From the NCBI GenBank assembly GCA_024679065.1, contig JAGIQG010000006.1:68882001-68946000 (forward strand): a stretch of DNA of 64,000 nucleotides, read 5' to 3'. Positions 24,130-37,361 of this stretch are shown here, one piece after another. Source of the DNA: Sphyrna mokarran. Its lineage: Eukaryota. Positions within the stretch are counted from its first letter, which is position 1. Each line of letters begins with the position of its first letter. The notes below the pieces were generated by a model, which worked only from the letters and a program-made list of their open reading frames with translations, was not told the DNA's origin and made no database searches. The position numbers were made by a program, and so were the translations under genes.

Positions 24130-24325
24130 AAAGAAGATGGAAACACATTGGAAGTAGTTCAGAGAAGGTTTAGGAGGTTAATACCTGGAATAGTTGGGTT
24201 GTCCTAGAAGAAAAGGTTAGATTTGTATCCACAAGACTTTAGAAGATTAAGAGGTGACTTGATTTAAACTTTCAATATCCTGAAGGGTATTAACAAGGTG
24301 GAAATAGAAAGGTTGTTTCCTCTTA
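24130..24325 (+). mobile_element. CR1-type LINE ORF2 fragment
   Basis: GTTCAGAGAAGGTTT..AGAAGATTAAGAGGTGACTTGATT (VQRRF..RRLRGDLI). Confidence 0.7.
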
Positions 24326-24700
24326 GTCATAGACTCATAGAGGTTTACAGCATAGAAACAAACCCTTTGGCCCAATTTGTCCATTGCTGCCCCTTTTTTA
24401 ACCACTAAGCTATTCCCAATTGCCTGCTTTTGGCCCATATTCCACTTTACCATCTTACCTATATAACTGTCTAAATGTTTTTTAAAAGACAAAATTATAC
24501 CGATTTCTACTACCACTTCTGGCAGTTTGTTCCAGACACTCACCACTCTCTGTGTGAAAAAAACCGCTCCTCTGAATTCTTTTGTTTCCCCCTCCGTCCC
24601 CTCCTTAAACCTATGCCCTCTAGTTTTAGACTCCCCTACCTTTGGAAAAAGATGTGGACTATCTAGCTGATCTGTGTCACTCATTATTTTATAGATCTCT
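24326..24700 (-). mobile_element. CR1-type LINE 3' end
   Basis: ORF 24247-24735 contains IEIYKIM..LFPKVGESKTRGHRFK..FFTQRVVSVWNKLPEVVVE..FKKHLDSY. Confidence 0.9.
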
Positions 24701-24739
24701 ATACTTTTAAATGGCATTTGTTGGAGGTCCCTCATCAGC

Positions 24740-25480
24740 TGAAAGCAAGTTCAGCTCCAAGAAGTGTTTAAGAGACAGTATTAACAGGATCTATGAGACC
24801 CAAAAGAGCATTCTGGGCACCGAATCAGCATTAAAAATTATTAGGTCTCATGGTTTGCACATCCCTTATATTTCTTGAGCATGCACAGTACAGCTGCATC
24901 CATGCATATTGCGTCAGAAGCTGTTTGGCCACTATTTTCCCATGTTGAAATTGCTGTAGGGTTGGCATCAGCTGCATAAAGGAGCTGAATTTTTCAGCCT
25001 TGATATTCCATTGGATCCCTCTCAGAATCAATGATCTTACAAATTAACATTGTGAGTGAAGGCAGCAAGATGTATCTCTTACCATCCAGCAGTCACCCTT
25101 TCTCTTGTTCCTGTTGTTGAAATAGAGCTGAGGCAACGGGCAGTTGCCAGCATATCATGAATTCTTGTTTAGCAATCTGTGCCTGTGGCATGCACATTTT
25201 GGAAATGGAAGTCTTTGCAATTGGTCATTTACAATGCAAAATGAATGCAATCAATAGCCCTTAATCCTGGGAACGTGCCCCTGAAAATTTCCATTGCACT
25301 TTCAGTCATCTCTCTATGTAGAGCAGAAGAGTATAAACCAGATTGCCCTGGTGGTTTGCTTTGAGTTTGAATCTACAGTAAAGTAACTGATCTAAGTAAA
25401 TTCCCTTGTAGCTTTCTGGAGTTGTCCATCCTCTATGAACCATGAATTCTAGCTGCAGCAAACAAGTAAAGTTCTTCCAA
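24740..25480 (-). mobile_element. PIF/Harbinger transposase relic
   Basis: Minus strand FPGLRAIDCIHFAL (~25260; cf. FPxVxGAIDCTHVA), HRHRLLN..YAGNC (~25160), G*LLDG (~25090; cf. GWLLGDKGY). Confidence 0.6.
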
Positions 25481-25505
25481 AGTTGCATGTTCAAAATAAA
25501 GGAAG

Positions 25506-25602
25506 TACTGAAAGGTCATGACCTGAAATATGAGCCATGTTTCTCTCTCCACAGATGCAGCCAGATCCATTGAGTACTTTCAGCATTTTCTGTTTTTATT
25601 TT
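25506..25602 (+). mobile_element. Penelope-like terminus with partial hammerhead (stem II plus GAAA)
   Basis: CTGAA-AGGTC-AT-GACCT-GAAA then TTTCTCTCTCCACAGATGCAGCCAGA..CAGCATTTTCTGTTTTTATTT. Confidence 0.55.
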
Positions 25603-25985
25603 AAACCTTATAAAAGGTCCTGTCAACAGCATCTGTGTTGGTGCATGCTGCAGCATAGATACTGCAGATAGTTTAACTGCCATCAGATGCTGCTTGAATA
25701 ACTTGGTTTTCCTTTCGCTCTCCTGCTGCTCATCTTCCTCTGATATGATTTTAATTTGGAACATTCCCATTAAGAAAGTCAATGTGCAACCTTCTGGTAG
25801 TTGTTCCCGAATTACCCTGAATTTCATTTATTGGTGGAGGATTTGGATGAAGGCTTTCTGCAAACAATGTTGTAAAATGTTATCAGATATCATCAGCCAA
25901 TTTTAAAAAATGACCATAAAAAGTAACCAAGTGTCAAAAGTGACAATTTTAAGACGTTCTGGGAACCTTGCTGTTTGTGATTTTT

Positions 25986-26882
25986 ATAAATGACCAGGAT
26001 GTAGAAGTAGAGGATGAGTTGGTAAGTTTGCCAATGACATGAGGCCAGAGGTGTTGTGAACAGTTTGGAAGGACGTCAGAAGTTGCAGCATGACATAGAT
26101 AGGATGCAAGACTGGGCGGAGAAGTAGCAGATGGACTTCAGCCCAGATAAATGTGTGGTGGTACATTTTGGCACATCAAATGGGATGAAGGAATATAATA
26201 TTAAGGGTAAGATTCTTAGCAGTGTAGAAGATTAGAAGGATCTTGGGATCCGGGTTCATAGGACTCCCAAATCGGCTTCGCAGGTAGAGGATGTGATTAA
26301 GAAGACACATAGTGTACAGGTCTTCATCAATCAAGGAACTGAGTTTAGGAGTCGGGAGATAATGCTGCAGCTGTATATGATCCTGGTCAGATCCCATTTG
26401 GAGTATTGTGCTCAGTTCTGTTCACCTCATTACAGGAAGGATGTGGAAGCCATTGAAAGGATGCAGAGGATGGGTTGAGAGAGCTCGATCTTTTCTCCTT
26501 AGAGAGATGAAAGATGAGAGGGGACTTGATAGAGGTGTATAAGATGTTGAGAGGTATTGATCAGGTGGACTCTCAGAGTCTTTTCCTCAGGGTTGAAATG
26601 GCTGCCACAAGAGGACACAGGTTTAAGCTGCTGGGGAGTAGGTACAGAGGAGATATCAGGGATAAGATTTTCACAGAGGGTGGTGGGTGAGTGGACTCGG
26701 CTGCTGTTGATGGTGGTAGAGGCAAAATCATTAGGGTCTTTTAAGAGACTTCTGGATGAGTACATGGGACTTAATAGGATTGAGGGTTATAGGTAAGCCT
26801 AGTCGGTAGGGATAAGATTGGCAGACCTTGTGGGCTGAAGGGCCTGTTTGTGCTGTAGTTTTTCTATGACTTTATGATTCTA
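25986..26882 (+). mobile_element. CR1-type (HER1-like) LINE, about 0.9 kb 3' portion
   Basis: KFANDM (decayed FADD), MLQLYMILVRSHLEYCAQFCSPHYRKDVEAIERMQR, FSQRVVGEWTRL..SFKRLLDEYM, tail GGGCTGAAGGGCCTGTTTGTGCTGTA. Confidence 0.9.
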
Positions 26883-29134
26883 GATGCAAAAGTGATAACA
26901 CCATTTGCAATTTCCAATCCTGGTAGCTGCAACTGCTACTCTATTTTCAAAATTACCTATTGTTCATTTAAATGGACAGCAGACTAGTGAGCATTGTATT
27001 ATTGTTCAAATGTGTAGGAAGTTTTGTATAAAACTCCCAAATGTAAAATATTTCACCAGAAGATTCTGCTGAAAAAGCTCAGTTGCAGACATTCAGCCCA
27101 GGAGTTTGTACATTTATAGAGATTCCAGGGACCTTCCAAAATGATGGGTGGGATCTAGAAACAGATTTCCTGGTCCTATTTCCATCAGATCCCATTTGTG
27201 CTGTGAAGGCAGAGGAACAATGACAGGCCATACATGGGAATCCTGAACTCAGCAGGGCCATTTGAACTAAATGCTAATTTCAAATTGATTCCATTTCTGC
27301 TACAGCTGCGTAGGCATTACAATCTTTAGAGAAGTCATAATTGCTCTTGAGGGTTGAATGAAATCTATAGAATTGTCAAGCTGACAAGTTTTTAAATGGC
27401 TAACCTTTAAAAATTGAAAAAAAAAAGCCTGCCTGTAATTGTGGAACTAAACAGAAACATCCGTGCTAGTAGTATCAAAAAATGTCTGTTGACAATAACC
27501 GGAGTGCTATCATTATAGCATTATTAATGCTTGGTTGTTTCACACAACCTCTCTTTATCACGGTAGAATGTTATAAGTTCATATTTTGATTGGCGGTTCA
27601 AAATATTTATGAAAGGGTTAGCCTTCTTTAATATAGGGTTACAAATACAAATATTTTCTTTATAAAGGATTAAGTACTCAAGAGGATTTAAATATACCGC
27701 ATGGGCTTTCATGAATGGAAAATTGCTTTCTAATATAATGCAATGGGGAGGTGGAGTGTGATACCAGCAATGAATGTTTAGCACTGCAAGAAAGGATCTG
27801 ATGGTGGTGATGACGATTTGTATAGGGAGAGAGAGAGAGACAGAGGGAAGGTGATGGCAATGTTGGCTGTTTGTAGAGATTGGGGAAGACAGTATGGGTG
27901 ATGCCAGCATTGATCACTATTGAGGGAGAAGGGATGTGCAGAAGTGGATGGGGAGGTGGAGAGATACCGGCTTTGATCGTACAGGTGAGGGAAGCCCCTT
28001 AGACCTCATGGTGGGTTGGGGGAGGTTTGTGTTTTTTTTAAACTCTGTGCAGCTGAGTTTGATGGAGTGCTTAGGCTTCGCCTGAGATCTGGAGAGAAAA
28101 CCTGTCTGTTTCTCTGCACACTGGTTTTCAGTCGGATCCTGACATTATTCTTTGGTAAGGTTCTGCCCAATTATTTAGTTTACTGAATGCAATCAAAACA
28201 TCCTTATTTCTGTCTCTGGGAAGATTTGTTATGGTTAATTTCTAATTAAATCTCTTCTCTGGATCTGTTCATTCATTCCATATTCCTGAGTCCATTCTCT
28301 CTGATGCGTAATAAGCTTTGTCATAAGACATCTTTTGTTACAAATAGAAACTGTTCACCATCATGTTTTATTCCAATTGCAGCAACACCAAACTAATCAA
28401 AATTAAAAAAAGAGACCATTTGAATCACATATTTTCCAAAGAGCAAAACACTGAATTGAGAATTGATCAGCAGTAAAATTGACTAACAATAGGAAGTGGG
28501 ATAACCAAATGTGTTGGTTTTTCATTCACCATCATCCTACGTACTGAAGGCAGGTCTTTGGATCATAGTGATCTTTCTATGGACTGAATGTCCAAATAAG
28601 TAGAAATTATCCTTCAATTGCTATTCTATTCTCATTCCAGCACTAAAGATCCACATTTCCATCATGGACCCTCAGCCCGAATTCCTGAGAAATCTGAAGC
28701 ATACCTGCTCCTGGAATTCATCCCACATAATATAGGAGAGCAGGGGGAAGCCAAGACACATACTCTTTTTAAAGTACTGTAATTTTAATGATTCCAAAGA
28801 CAAGCGGGGAGCAAAGTTATGTGGGTGAGGGGCTAGAGTGGGTCAGAGGCATCTCAGTAGGGCAAGTGGTAGATGGGGATGAGGTGGAGATGATACTCAA
28901 GGGGTCTGGGAGGATAGTTGGGGATGTTGGAGCGGATGCATGGTCACAGATCAAGAACAGATAGGAGGTAGTTGGGAGATGGTGAGAATAGTTAGAGGGA
29001 TATTTGGAGGTGAGGATAGTCAGGGAGTCAGGGTAGTTAGGAGCAGTCAGGTGGTGGGAGTTGGGGGGGCGGGGAAATAGTTGGAGGTTGGGGAAGCCAG
29101 GTTGGGGGGTGTGGGTGTAACCTATCCAGCATTG

Positions 29135-30165
29135 ATATTCTTTTTCTGCCTTTTCCACTTTTTATTGAAATCTTCCTTCCATAATTTCTGTTCCAAATCC
29201 ACTTCCTCTGAAGATCCATCCTTTCCAGGCTTATCTGTTTGTTCCTAATTACATTCAGCAAATTTCTTCATCTGTTCACCATGTCAGTCCTTCATCATTC
29301 GTGACTTTTTCAGTCCAACTCATCCTTTCCACTCTCCTCCAAACCCACAAATCCAAGTGATTTAGCAAGTTTCTCTTCTTTTTCATGAAGTCAAGTCTCA
29401 CAGGCACACACACCACATTCCAGCTCTTTGCAAGTTGCTTCTTGACTCATTTATTCAGCTTTTCAGTTCGCAACTTTTTCTTCATACTGAGTAAGATGCC
29501 TTTCCCATTGCTATCCTTGTTTTTATTTCTTTGTTGCACCTTCCATCTGCAAACATGGTGCTTCCCCAATACTTGAAATCTTGCACTTATTCTATTATTT
29601 TTCCTACTGTGAATATATGAATATTTCACGGTGATTTTGAGATAGGCATCACTTTGGTTTTGCCAATGTTCAATTTCATTCCAAAGTTCATGCCTGCTGT
29701 TACTGATCTCTATACTAATTCTTATAATCTTTCTTCTGTGCTTGCTATAAGTGTTTTCCATCTGCAAATCTAATTGATGTTATCATTCACCCCTACCTCC
29801 ACACCAGCCCCACACCACAATCTTAACACCAGAATCTGTGTCTTCAAATGCTTTTTTGATCATTCTTTCTGCATAGACATTGAAGAAACAGACATCCTTA
29901 TTGAATTCCTCTTTCAATTATACATTGTTCTATCTTCTCATTGGCTAATCTCACTATTACTGTCTGTCCCATATATAGATTTTTATGAATCATTTATCTC
30001 TCCATTATCCTCCAACATTTTCCAGTACAATCAAGAACCGAATCCAGTCAACCCAATCAAATACTTTTTCACAATTTACAAAACAAACATCTGGTGCCTC
30101 AACTGCCTTCACTCATTAATCTTATAATACTGGTTTCTTCTCTCATCCTTATTCCTTCCAGGAAT
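29135..30165 (-). mobile_element. Degenerate RTE-type LINE RT fragment
   Basis: Minus strand CFVNCEKVFDWVDW (~30070; cf. CFVDYEKAFD), RFADG (~29765), WRRVERMSWTEKVTNDE (~29320; cf. RTE WRRMLRISWTEKVTNEE). Confidence 0.7.
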
Positions 30166-31887
30166 CTCCAATGCAGCTTTGCACCTTCTCACCTTTACAT
30201 TTTGTTACAGTTCTCAACACAACCTGGGATGTCAGACCATCAGCACCTAAAATCCAACAGGTGGTCTTCCCACTGCCTGCCCCATCAGGTGTTCTGAAGG
30301 GGGTAGAGGGAGGTGTTGAGCAGACCTATCTGTCCCTGGTCCTATCATGGACCTGAAGTGCCAAATTAATGGCAGCTTTAGGGTTGTGAGCTAGAGATGG
30401 GTGGGGTTGGAATGAGTCATTGGTGGTGGGGTGGGGTGGCGTGGTGAAATGCTTCTAGAGACTCCTGGATCTATTAGAGGCATCACTAACCCCAAGGTTA
30501 TCCCTGCTTTCATCCTTCCCTCTGGCCTCTTGAATCCAGGTGCCATCCCCTCACTCCCTTTGCTGAGACTCCCAACACTAGACTTACCTAGATTCACCAT
30601 TGGGGAGAGTCTATAATCCTAGCAATGGCCAGTGCTCCTGTGTTTCTGGGGCAGGATTTCAAACTGAGAGAAGAGTGAAATGCTCATCACAAAACAATTA
30701 CTGCTGCTCCAAACATTCAATTGTTATTGGGCAGCTGTTGTGATCATGGGTGGGCTCACACCTGAGTTTTGGGGGACACCATGGTGCCCCACAATATTCA
30801 GCATATAAAATGCAGCCCATAGTTTCAATGAATGAGTGTACTCAGTGCATGCTTTGTCTATTGGTACCTAAAAAATTACTTCAGGGTCCTACATGTGTCA
30901 CAGATCTCTACTCTACATGACTCATTGTGCAGTTCTCCTAAAACAGGCAAAGTTCTGTGGATAACCCTTTTTATGATTAGCTGGAAATGTTGGCAGATTT
31001 ACCAGAAATAATGCAACATGGCCTATATAAAGTAGAAGTTTGTTACTGGAGGTGCAGTAAGCAGTCTTATGTCTTCTATTTTTGCCATGACATGACCACA
31101 ATTAAATACTATGAAGTTGAAATTATGTATGAAAGAGGCCATTAGCACAATAGAGTTGGGTTCCAATGCATGTAGCTTTGCGACAAAGTTCCAACAACAA
31201 AACAAATGAAGCAGCATCCTCCTATTCCAAAGAAGCTTACAACAGTCCAATCAGGCCGATGATAAATGGGACAAATTTACACTTCTATGATTGCTCCAAT
31301 ACTGACAAGCTCCCAATGCGCCAGAAGTCAATCTCACTGGGATTGATTACCATTTCATTTGCTCTTGATGACCCAGTACAAAGCTTATACTTTCTTGGGT
31401 CTATCAGTGTTGTATCTGGCCATTTTCCCAAGAAGGTCCATAATACTTCCTTCCTGCCACCTATCAAAGAGTTATCTTTAAACTGAAACCTAAGGTTTGC
31501 AGTGGAAGCATATCCTGGTCAAGCTAATTTTGCCCACTGTGGTGTCAAGAAGCAAAAATGCAGATGATCCAGATTTTGTCAGGAACAACATTTTCGTATT
31601 TTTGATAATGATATTTCTAATAGAAAATTACTCAAATCATATGTTTTAATAGCCTTGAGCAAGGCCAGATGAAAATGTACAGATAAACTAGAATGTTTTA
31701 AATGGCCTCTATTTGCTGGTCAGATGATTATCCAATCCATTTTACCCAGTGGCTTGTTGCTATCATGCATAAAGCCTGATTAAAAGATATTGATATACCA
31801 TGCAACCTCCCCAATCTGAAATGCTTAGGATTAAGACTGGATTTCAAATTTTCTGGATTGTAAAATGCCTAACCAAAAATGTATACT

Positions 31888-32250
31888 GCAAGGCCTGGAT
31901 AGAGCGGACATAGAGAGGACTCTTCCACTAGTAGGAAAAGCTAGAGCCTGAGGGTACAATCTCAGGCTAAAGGGATAATCCTTTAAAACAGAGATGAGGA
32001 GGAATTTCTTCAGCCAGAGAGTGATGAATCTGTGGAATTCTTTGCTGCAGAAGGCTGCGGAGGCCAGGTCATTAAGTGTCTTTAAGACAGAGATAGATTG
32101 GTTCTTGATTAATAAAGGGTTCAGGAGTAGTGGGGAAAAGGCAGAAGAATAAGGATGAGAAAGATATTAGCCATGATTGAATGGTGGACCAGACTCGATG
32201 GGCTGAATGGCCTAATTCTGTTCCTATGTCTTATGATCTTATGATCTTAT
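31888..32250 (+). mobile_element. CR1-type LINE 3' end
   Basis: GAGATGAGGAGGAATTTCTTCAGCCAGAGAGTGATGAATCTGTGGAA, tail GATGGGCTGAATGGCCTAATTCTG..(TCTTATGA)n; near-identical family to 55050-55497. Confidence 0.92.
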
Positions 32251-33704
32251 ATACTATGGATATAAATATTTACCTGAAAAATATACCAAGGGTAAAACGT
32301 TTTAAATAATTATCATAAAAATCGTTTTACTTATCCAAATACAGTGCATGGGATTTTCTGGCCTCCCTAAAGTCTCCCCATTGACTCCATCCATGCCTGG
32401 GAAATCCCACAAGTAATTGGAAACAGAATTTATTAGAAATACTGCAGAAAACTAAAACCAACTTTATCATCTTTAAACAAATGATAAAGGATGATTACTG
32501 GGATTTGTAGCACACAAATAATCCAAACAAGTCCTTTGTAGGTGTTATTAGCTTTCAGTGAGCTATACCCACAATATAAAGCAATCATTCAAAGTTTGTA
32601 AGATTGGAAAGAAATCTATTTGTACAGTTCATTCTGCCTTCTGCTTCCAAAGAAAAGCTAGTTCAGTGGCATGGAACAGAATTCCAGTTAGACTGAAGGT
32701 GCAAATTTTCATCTTGGTCTCCATAAACACATACTTAAATGATCACTCTGCACATAGGATCTTTCACAAGTCTTTCATGATCAAATCAAGATCCTGGTTG
32801 ACAATGTTGAAATCTTACATTTTATTAAGCAAAATATAGGTGAAACTAGCAGTAGAATTTTACTGCCTCTCTTTCCCGAGGTCAAAGGAGAATGCCATTC
32901 TGTGAGCCTGGCCTGTCCCGATTCTGGAGTGAGTGAGGTGGTAAAATTCCAGCACAGACCTTTATACAATATAAAATACTGCATGTCACTGCGTAAACTT
33001 TTAATTTGACATGTTCTAGATAAAAGCACTATATCCCCTACATTAGTGTTCCTTGGTTTGCATTTTAAACTGCAGCACACAAGACATTTTCTGCAATCTT
33101 TGCTACAAATCTTTAAAAAAAATCGACTAAAAGGAAGGCAAGTTAATCTCTGAGGGAAAATGCCTAGTGAATTAATTATTTAATATCATCTCAGTCGGCA
33201 AAGCACTGAAATGATCATTGACTCACATCAAGTAAACGAGTAAATCAGCATGTATGACAAGAAAATACAACTGCAGCTCCACTAGAACATTATACAGGTT
33301 GTAAAGATCACAACAGAAGAAAGTCATTTCAGATTGGTTTAGAATTGAGATGGTCAGAAATGTTTTGAATGATGTTAGTAAATTGCCCATAGTGTCGTCA
33401 ATAATCAGATAATGAATGTGCTTCTAAATATATATGTGTGTGTACAAAATGGTAGCAGTGACTTCAGGAATTTGGTCACAGCCTCAAGCCGCATCATTAC
33501 AGGCAACTTGGAAACTGCTCCCATGGAGGATTTTAATTTTAAACATCTACACAGAAACATAGAAACATAGAAGATAGATGCATGAGGCTGATCATTCAAC
33601 TCAGTAACCTAATCCTGCTTTTTTCCCCATGCATAGCCAGTTTCAATGTTAACTATTGACCTAAGAGTGTGATGAGAAACCACACCAACAGGAATGTTAG
33701 ATAA

Positions 33705-34040
33705 CAGAAACAACTTGTAGTTATGTAATGCCTTTAATTTAATAAAATGTTCTGGAGCAATATCAAACAAATTTGACATCAATTCCTGAAAGGAGATATT
33801 CATGCAAAATGATCACAAGAGGTAGGTCTTCAGAGCTGTCCTTGTGGGAAAGAAAGCTGTAGAGGTGGAGGGATTAAGGCAGAAGTTTCAGAGTTTAATG
33901 TCTAAAGATGAAGTGATTAAAATCAGGAATAGTCCAAAGGCCAGAATTGGAAAGATTGGAGGAGATTGCAGATGGACAAGTCCACTGAAAGATTGAAAAC
34001 AAGAATGAGAATTCTAAAATCGAGGCAGAGTTGCTTAGTG
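33705..34040 (-). mobile_element. L2-type LINE 3' remnant
   Basis: AACAACTTGTAGTTATGTAATGCCTTTAAT..AAATTTGACA..AAGGAGATATT..GAGGTAGGT resembles the reverse complement of an L2 3' end. Confidence 0.5.
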
Positions 34041-34049
34041 AAGGGTAAA

Positions 34050-34320
34050 CTAGGAATGGGTGTAAGCCGTTCGAACCCTCAAGCCTGCTCTGCAATTGAA
34101 TTGGATCACAGTTAATCTGCACTCCAATTTAATGTTCCCATCTTTGCTCCATGTCTTTGATATTCTTACCTAAAGAATCTCAGTACTAAAGGCTTCACAG
34201 CCTTTTGCGAGAGAGAGTTCCCTTAGTGTGAATAAGTGATTTGTAATTTCACTCCTCAGTAGTTCAGATCTGATTTTAAGATTATATCACCATGATCCTG
34301 ATTCCCCTACCAAAGGAAAT
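34050..34320 (-). mobile_element. CR1-type LINE 3' remnant
   Basis: AAGCCGTTCGAACCCTCAAGCCTGCTCTGCAATT..CACAGCCTTTTGCGAGAGAGAGTTCC..CCTGATTCCCCTACCAAAGGAAAT. Confidence 0.6.
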
Positions 34321-35584
34321 ATGACCCTGATCTTAGTTCAAAGAAGAGGAGGAAGCAATTTTCTGGTTGGGAAATCAGGAAGAACAGATATCCCTCAGGT
34401 TGCCCTGCTAAATTTGGCAGGATTTCCATTTTTGTCCATTTCCCAGGTTAGCCAGGTTGAAAGGCTGGCTGGGAGCTGGGCAATTTAGCCTGAGGAAGGA
34501 GATCCAGGAATGGTGCAGGAAGGAGGGAGAGGGAGCTGGAAAGGCAAGATTGGATTGAGTGAGATATATTATTTTCCAAGGTTAGAGAGAGGAAGCCAAG
34601 ATCGAGTAGGATTGTGGCTGGAGCAGAAGAGAAATTGGAGGTCAGAGAAGAGATTGGAAGAGTTAGGGAGGAGATCAAAGGGGTCAGAGGACTGTCTGAT
34701 TGCCAAGGAATTGAGAGAGGAGCCGAAAGGTAGGAAATGATGTAAGTAAATCCAGCAGGTAAGTGGAAAGTTATCTCCTGGATTCAGTAGGCTTCACCTC
34801 CCTTTAGCTGCCAGCTTTCTCAATATCTAGACAACCCAGCCAGCAAGAATTACATTTAAAATATTGCTTAATTCTGAGTACTCAACGTCATTACACTTTT
34901 TAAATTTCTCCAATGACTGGGTTGAGTGTCTGCTCCCCCACCACTCCTCTCTCTCCCCTATTTATTCATCCAACACATAGTTGAAACTGGAGTGGGCAGG
35001 TTGGAGATGGTTAGGGTTAGTTTTCAGACTTTTTGTATTCTTATATCCCAGCAAACCAAACTCTGCCATTTTGAAGGAAGCTAAGATTGTCTTCAGAATA
35101 CCTGTAAAAATCCTATGAAATCCTTTGACATTTTAAACATCTGATCAAGTCCCCTCCCAAATTTATTTTGCCAAGTAAATACAAGCTGATTCAATGCACC
35201 CTATCATCATAATTTAATGCTTCAAGGCCCAATCTCATTCTGGTGCACTCCTGTTGCACCCCATCCAAAGCTAGCTTGGGCACAGTGCAAGGACTCAGTG
35301 CAGTACACTAGATGGGAACTGAGTAAGACTCTATACAAATGAAGCATGCCTTTCTGCCTTTTGCACTGCTGTTCCTTTGCGACATTTGTCCCTCAGTTGG
35401 GCTCATAGAGCCAGGTGGTTCATAAAAATCTTCCAATATGAGCTTTTGCATAATTTATAAGACATTTTGTATTTCTTTTGCAGCTTTTAATATTTTCGTT
35501 GTGTCTCTTTTGTTGCTTTCTGTAACTATCCTGGATTCCCTAGATTCAAGGTTTTCTCAGTATTAATGTGGGCCTCTTCATTGT

Positions 35585-36047
35585 GTGTCAGCTGTGGTTC
35601 AACTGGTAACATTTTTACTTCAGAATCAAAGAGTTCTGTCCTGCTGCAGAGTTTGAACACAGTATTAAAGGAATGTAGCATTGATGCAGATGCTGTTTTT
35701 TTGGGTAAACTCTTATATGTGATCTTATCACAGACCTTATGGAAGTCCATTTAGATAGCATTAAACTAAGGCTTAATCTGTGTCTAAAATGGGCGTTAAA
35801 GATCCCATGGCCAAAGAGCTGAGTGGGGTTCCCTCCGGAGTCCTGACAAACATCTATTCCTCAATTAATATCATAAAAACAGAGCGACTGGGCATTACTA
35901 CATTGCTGTTTGCGGGAGCTTGCTGTGTGTGCCAACAAGATACTGTACTGATCACAATAGTGATAACACTTCAAAAACACTTCATTGGCTGGAAAGCATT
36001 TGACAACATCCTGTAGTCATGAAAGGTATTACACAAATGCAAGTCTT
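35585..36047 (+). mobile_element. Deu-domain SINE (SacSINE1/AmnSINE1-like)
   Basis: AAAGATCCCATGGC..ACATTGCTGTTTGCGGGAGCTTGCTGTG..ACACTTCAAAAACACTTCATTGGCTGGAAAGCATTTG..AAATGCAAGTCTT. Confidence 0.8.
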
Positions 36048-37361
36048 TGGATGGCATTTTCCAGTCTGGTCTGCCACAGGACTGGAAATTCCTGCCTGAA
36101 GTCAACAAATCTTTAGCTGATCCATCAAATTTTCCATCCTGCTCACTACAATTCCCATGGTGGACAGGACCAGAAAATCCTACCTTTACTTCTGGAACAT
36201 TATACGGTATGTTACTCCACTTGAGTGCACATGTAGAATTTATGCTCTTAGGGATATGTTTTTCTATTGTGCAAAACATTTCTCTGAACATCTATCACTG
36301 TTTATTAGTGGATGCAATTGCTAATAACTCAGTACAAACAAATGGGTTCAGCTTACATTTTATTTCTTCAAAGTCAGCCTTAAGTTCTTGCGTGTGTTCT
36401 TCCTACTCTTCAAACATAATGACAAATTCTGGGGGTGATCTTATCAGAAGTATTGTTAGTTCTGGCAGATAAAATGGAGTGTTTCCAGAGAAACAGGTCA
36501 GTTTATTCTCCAGATCATCTGACAGTCTGTCAAAAAAAACCCAGGTAAGTTTATATCACTCTGTCATGTAGAACAGCAGGGCCTAAACATGCTGGCAAAG
36601 CCTGGCTTCACTGAGATCAGGCACCATGTTTAAAGGCTGCTCCGATCAGAGGAAAAAAAATCTCTCCCTGCACACTCCATCACAGGGATCCCAGACAACC
36701 CCCCTGCTGCCCATGGTCAGGACCAGCATTCAGCAGCCTCCCTCCCATGACCAGAACTGCCACTGCCCCGACCTGAAGTAGTCAATGCCAGTACCTGTGC
36801 CGCCCACCTCCTAACTTTCCATTCAGTCATTGCCAGCACAGCCACCAAATGCTCCCCTCCACCACTTCCCCCACCACTCCCTAAACAATCAATGGCTGTT
36901 TTGCTTCCCCCCACACAAAACAGTCAGTGCTGGCAACCCTCCCACTCTCAAGACATCTCCTCCCTGAAACTGTTAATGCCAGCATACTCCTCTCTACCTC
37001 TTTCTCCCTCCACTCCCCAGGTAATCAGTGCTGGCACTCCCCTCATCCTGCCTCTAATGCTGGCACCCAACCCTTTGCCCATCATCAGCCCCTTGCCCCA
37101 AACCCAACCCCCCACCCCACAAACGATCATCACCAGTAGACCCAGCTCCCACCTCACATCAGCGAGGTTTGAAATTATGGTGAGAGGTCAATATCTGGTG
37201 GAAGGGGTGTTTAATTATATCAAAATACATTAAAATGTATTCACATCAGCTTCACACCCTTCACAGCAAGGGGGAGGGGGGCGCGAAAATTGATAATCAC
37301 AGTCAGCGCTGGTGAGATGGCGGGATCTCGAGAGTGGGAGAGTTCGAGATCCTGCCCTCTA

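Noticed and set aside
24247-24735. Longest ORFs in the track (162 aa here, 157 aa at 54635, 119 aa at 55059)
   Set aside because: They are CR1 ORF2 fragments or chance read-through across repeats, not host genes.
28815-29120. G-rich tracts with G-quadruplex potential (also 34490-34740, 36700-37160, 38560-38780, and poly-G near 7860)
   Set aside because: Purine/pyrimidine-skewed low-complexity interiors of repeat elements; nothing locus-specific is evident.
31150-31490. Overlapping ORFs on both strands that might be an exon or viral relic
   Set aside because: No clear splice signals or recognisable viral motifs; more likely an old LINE remnant or chance.
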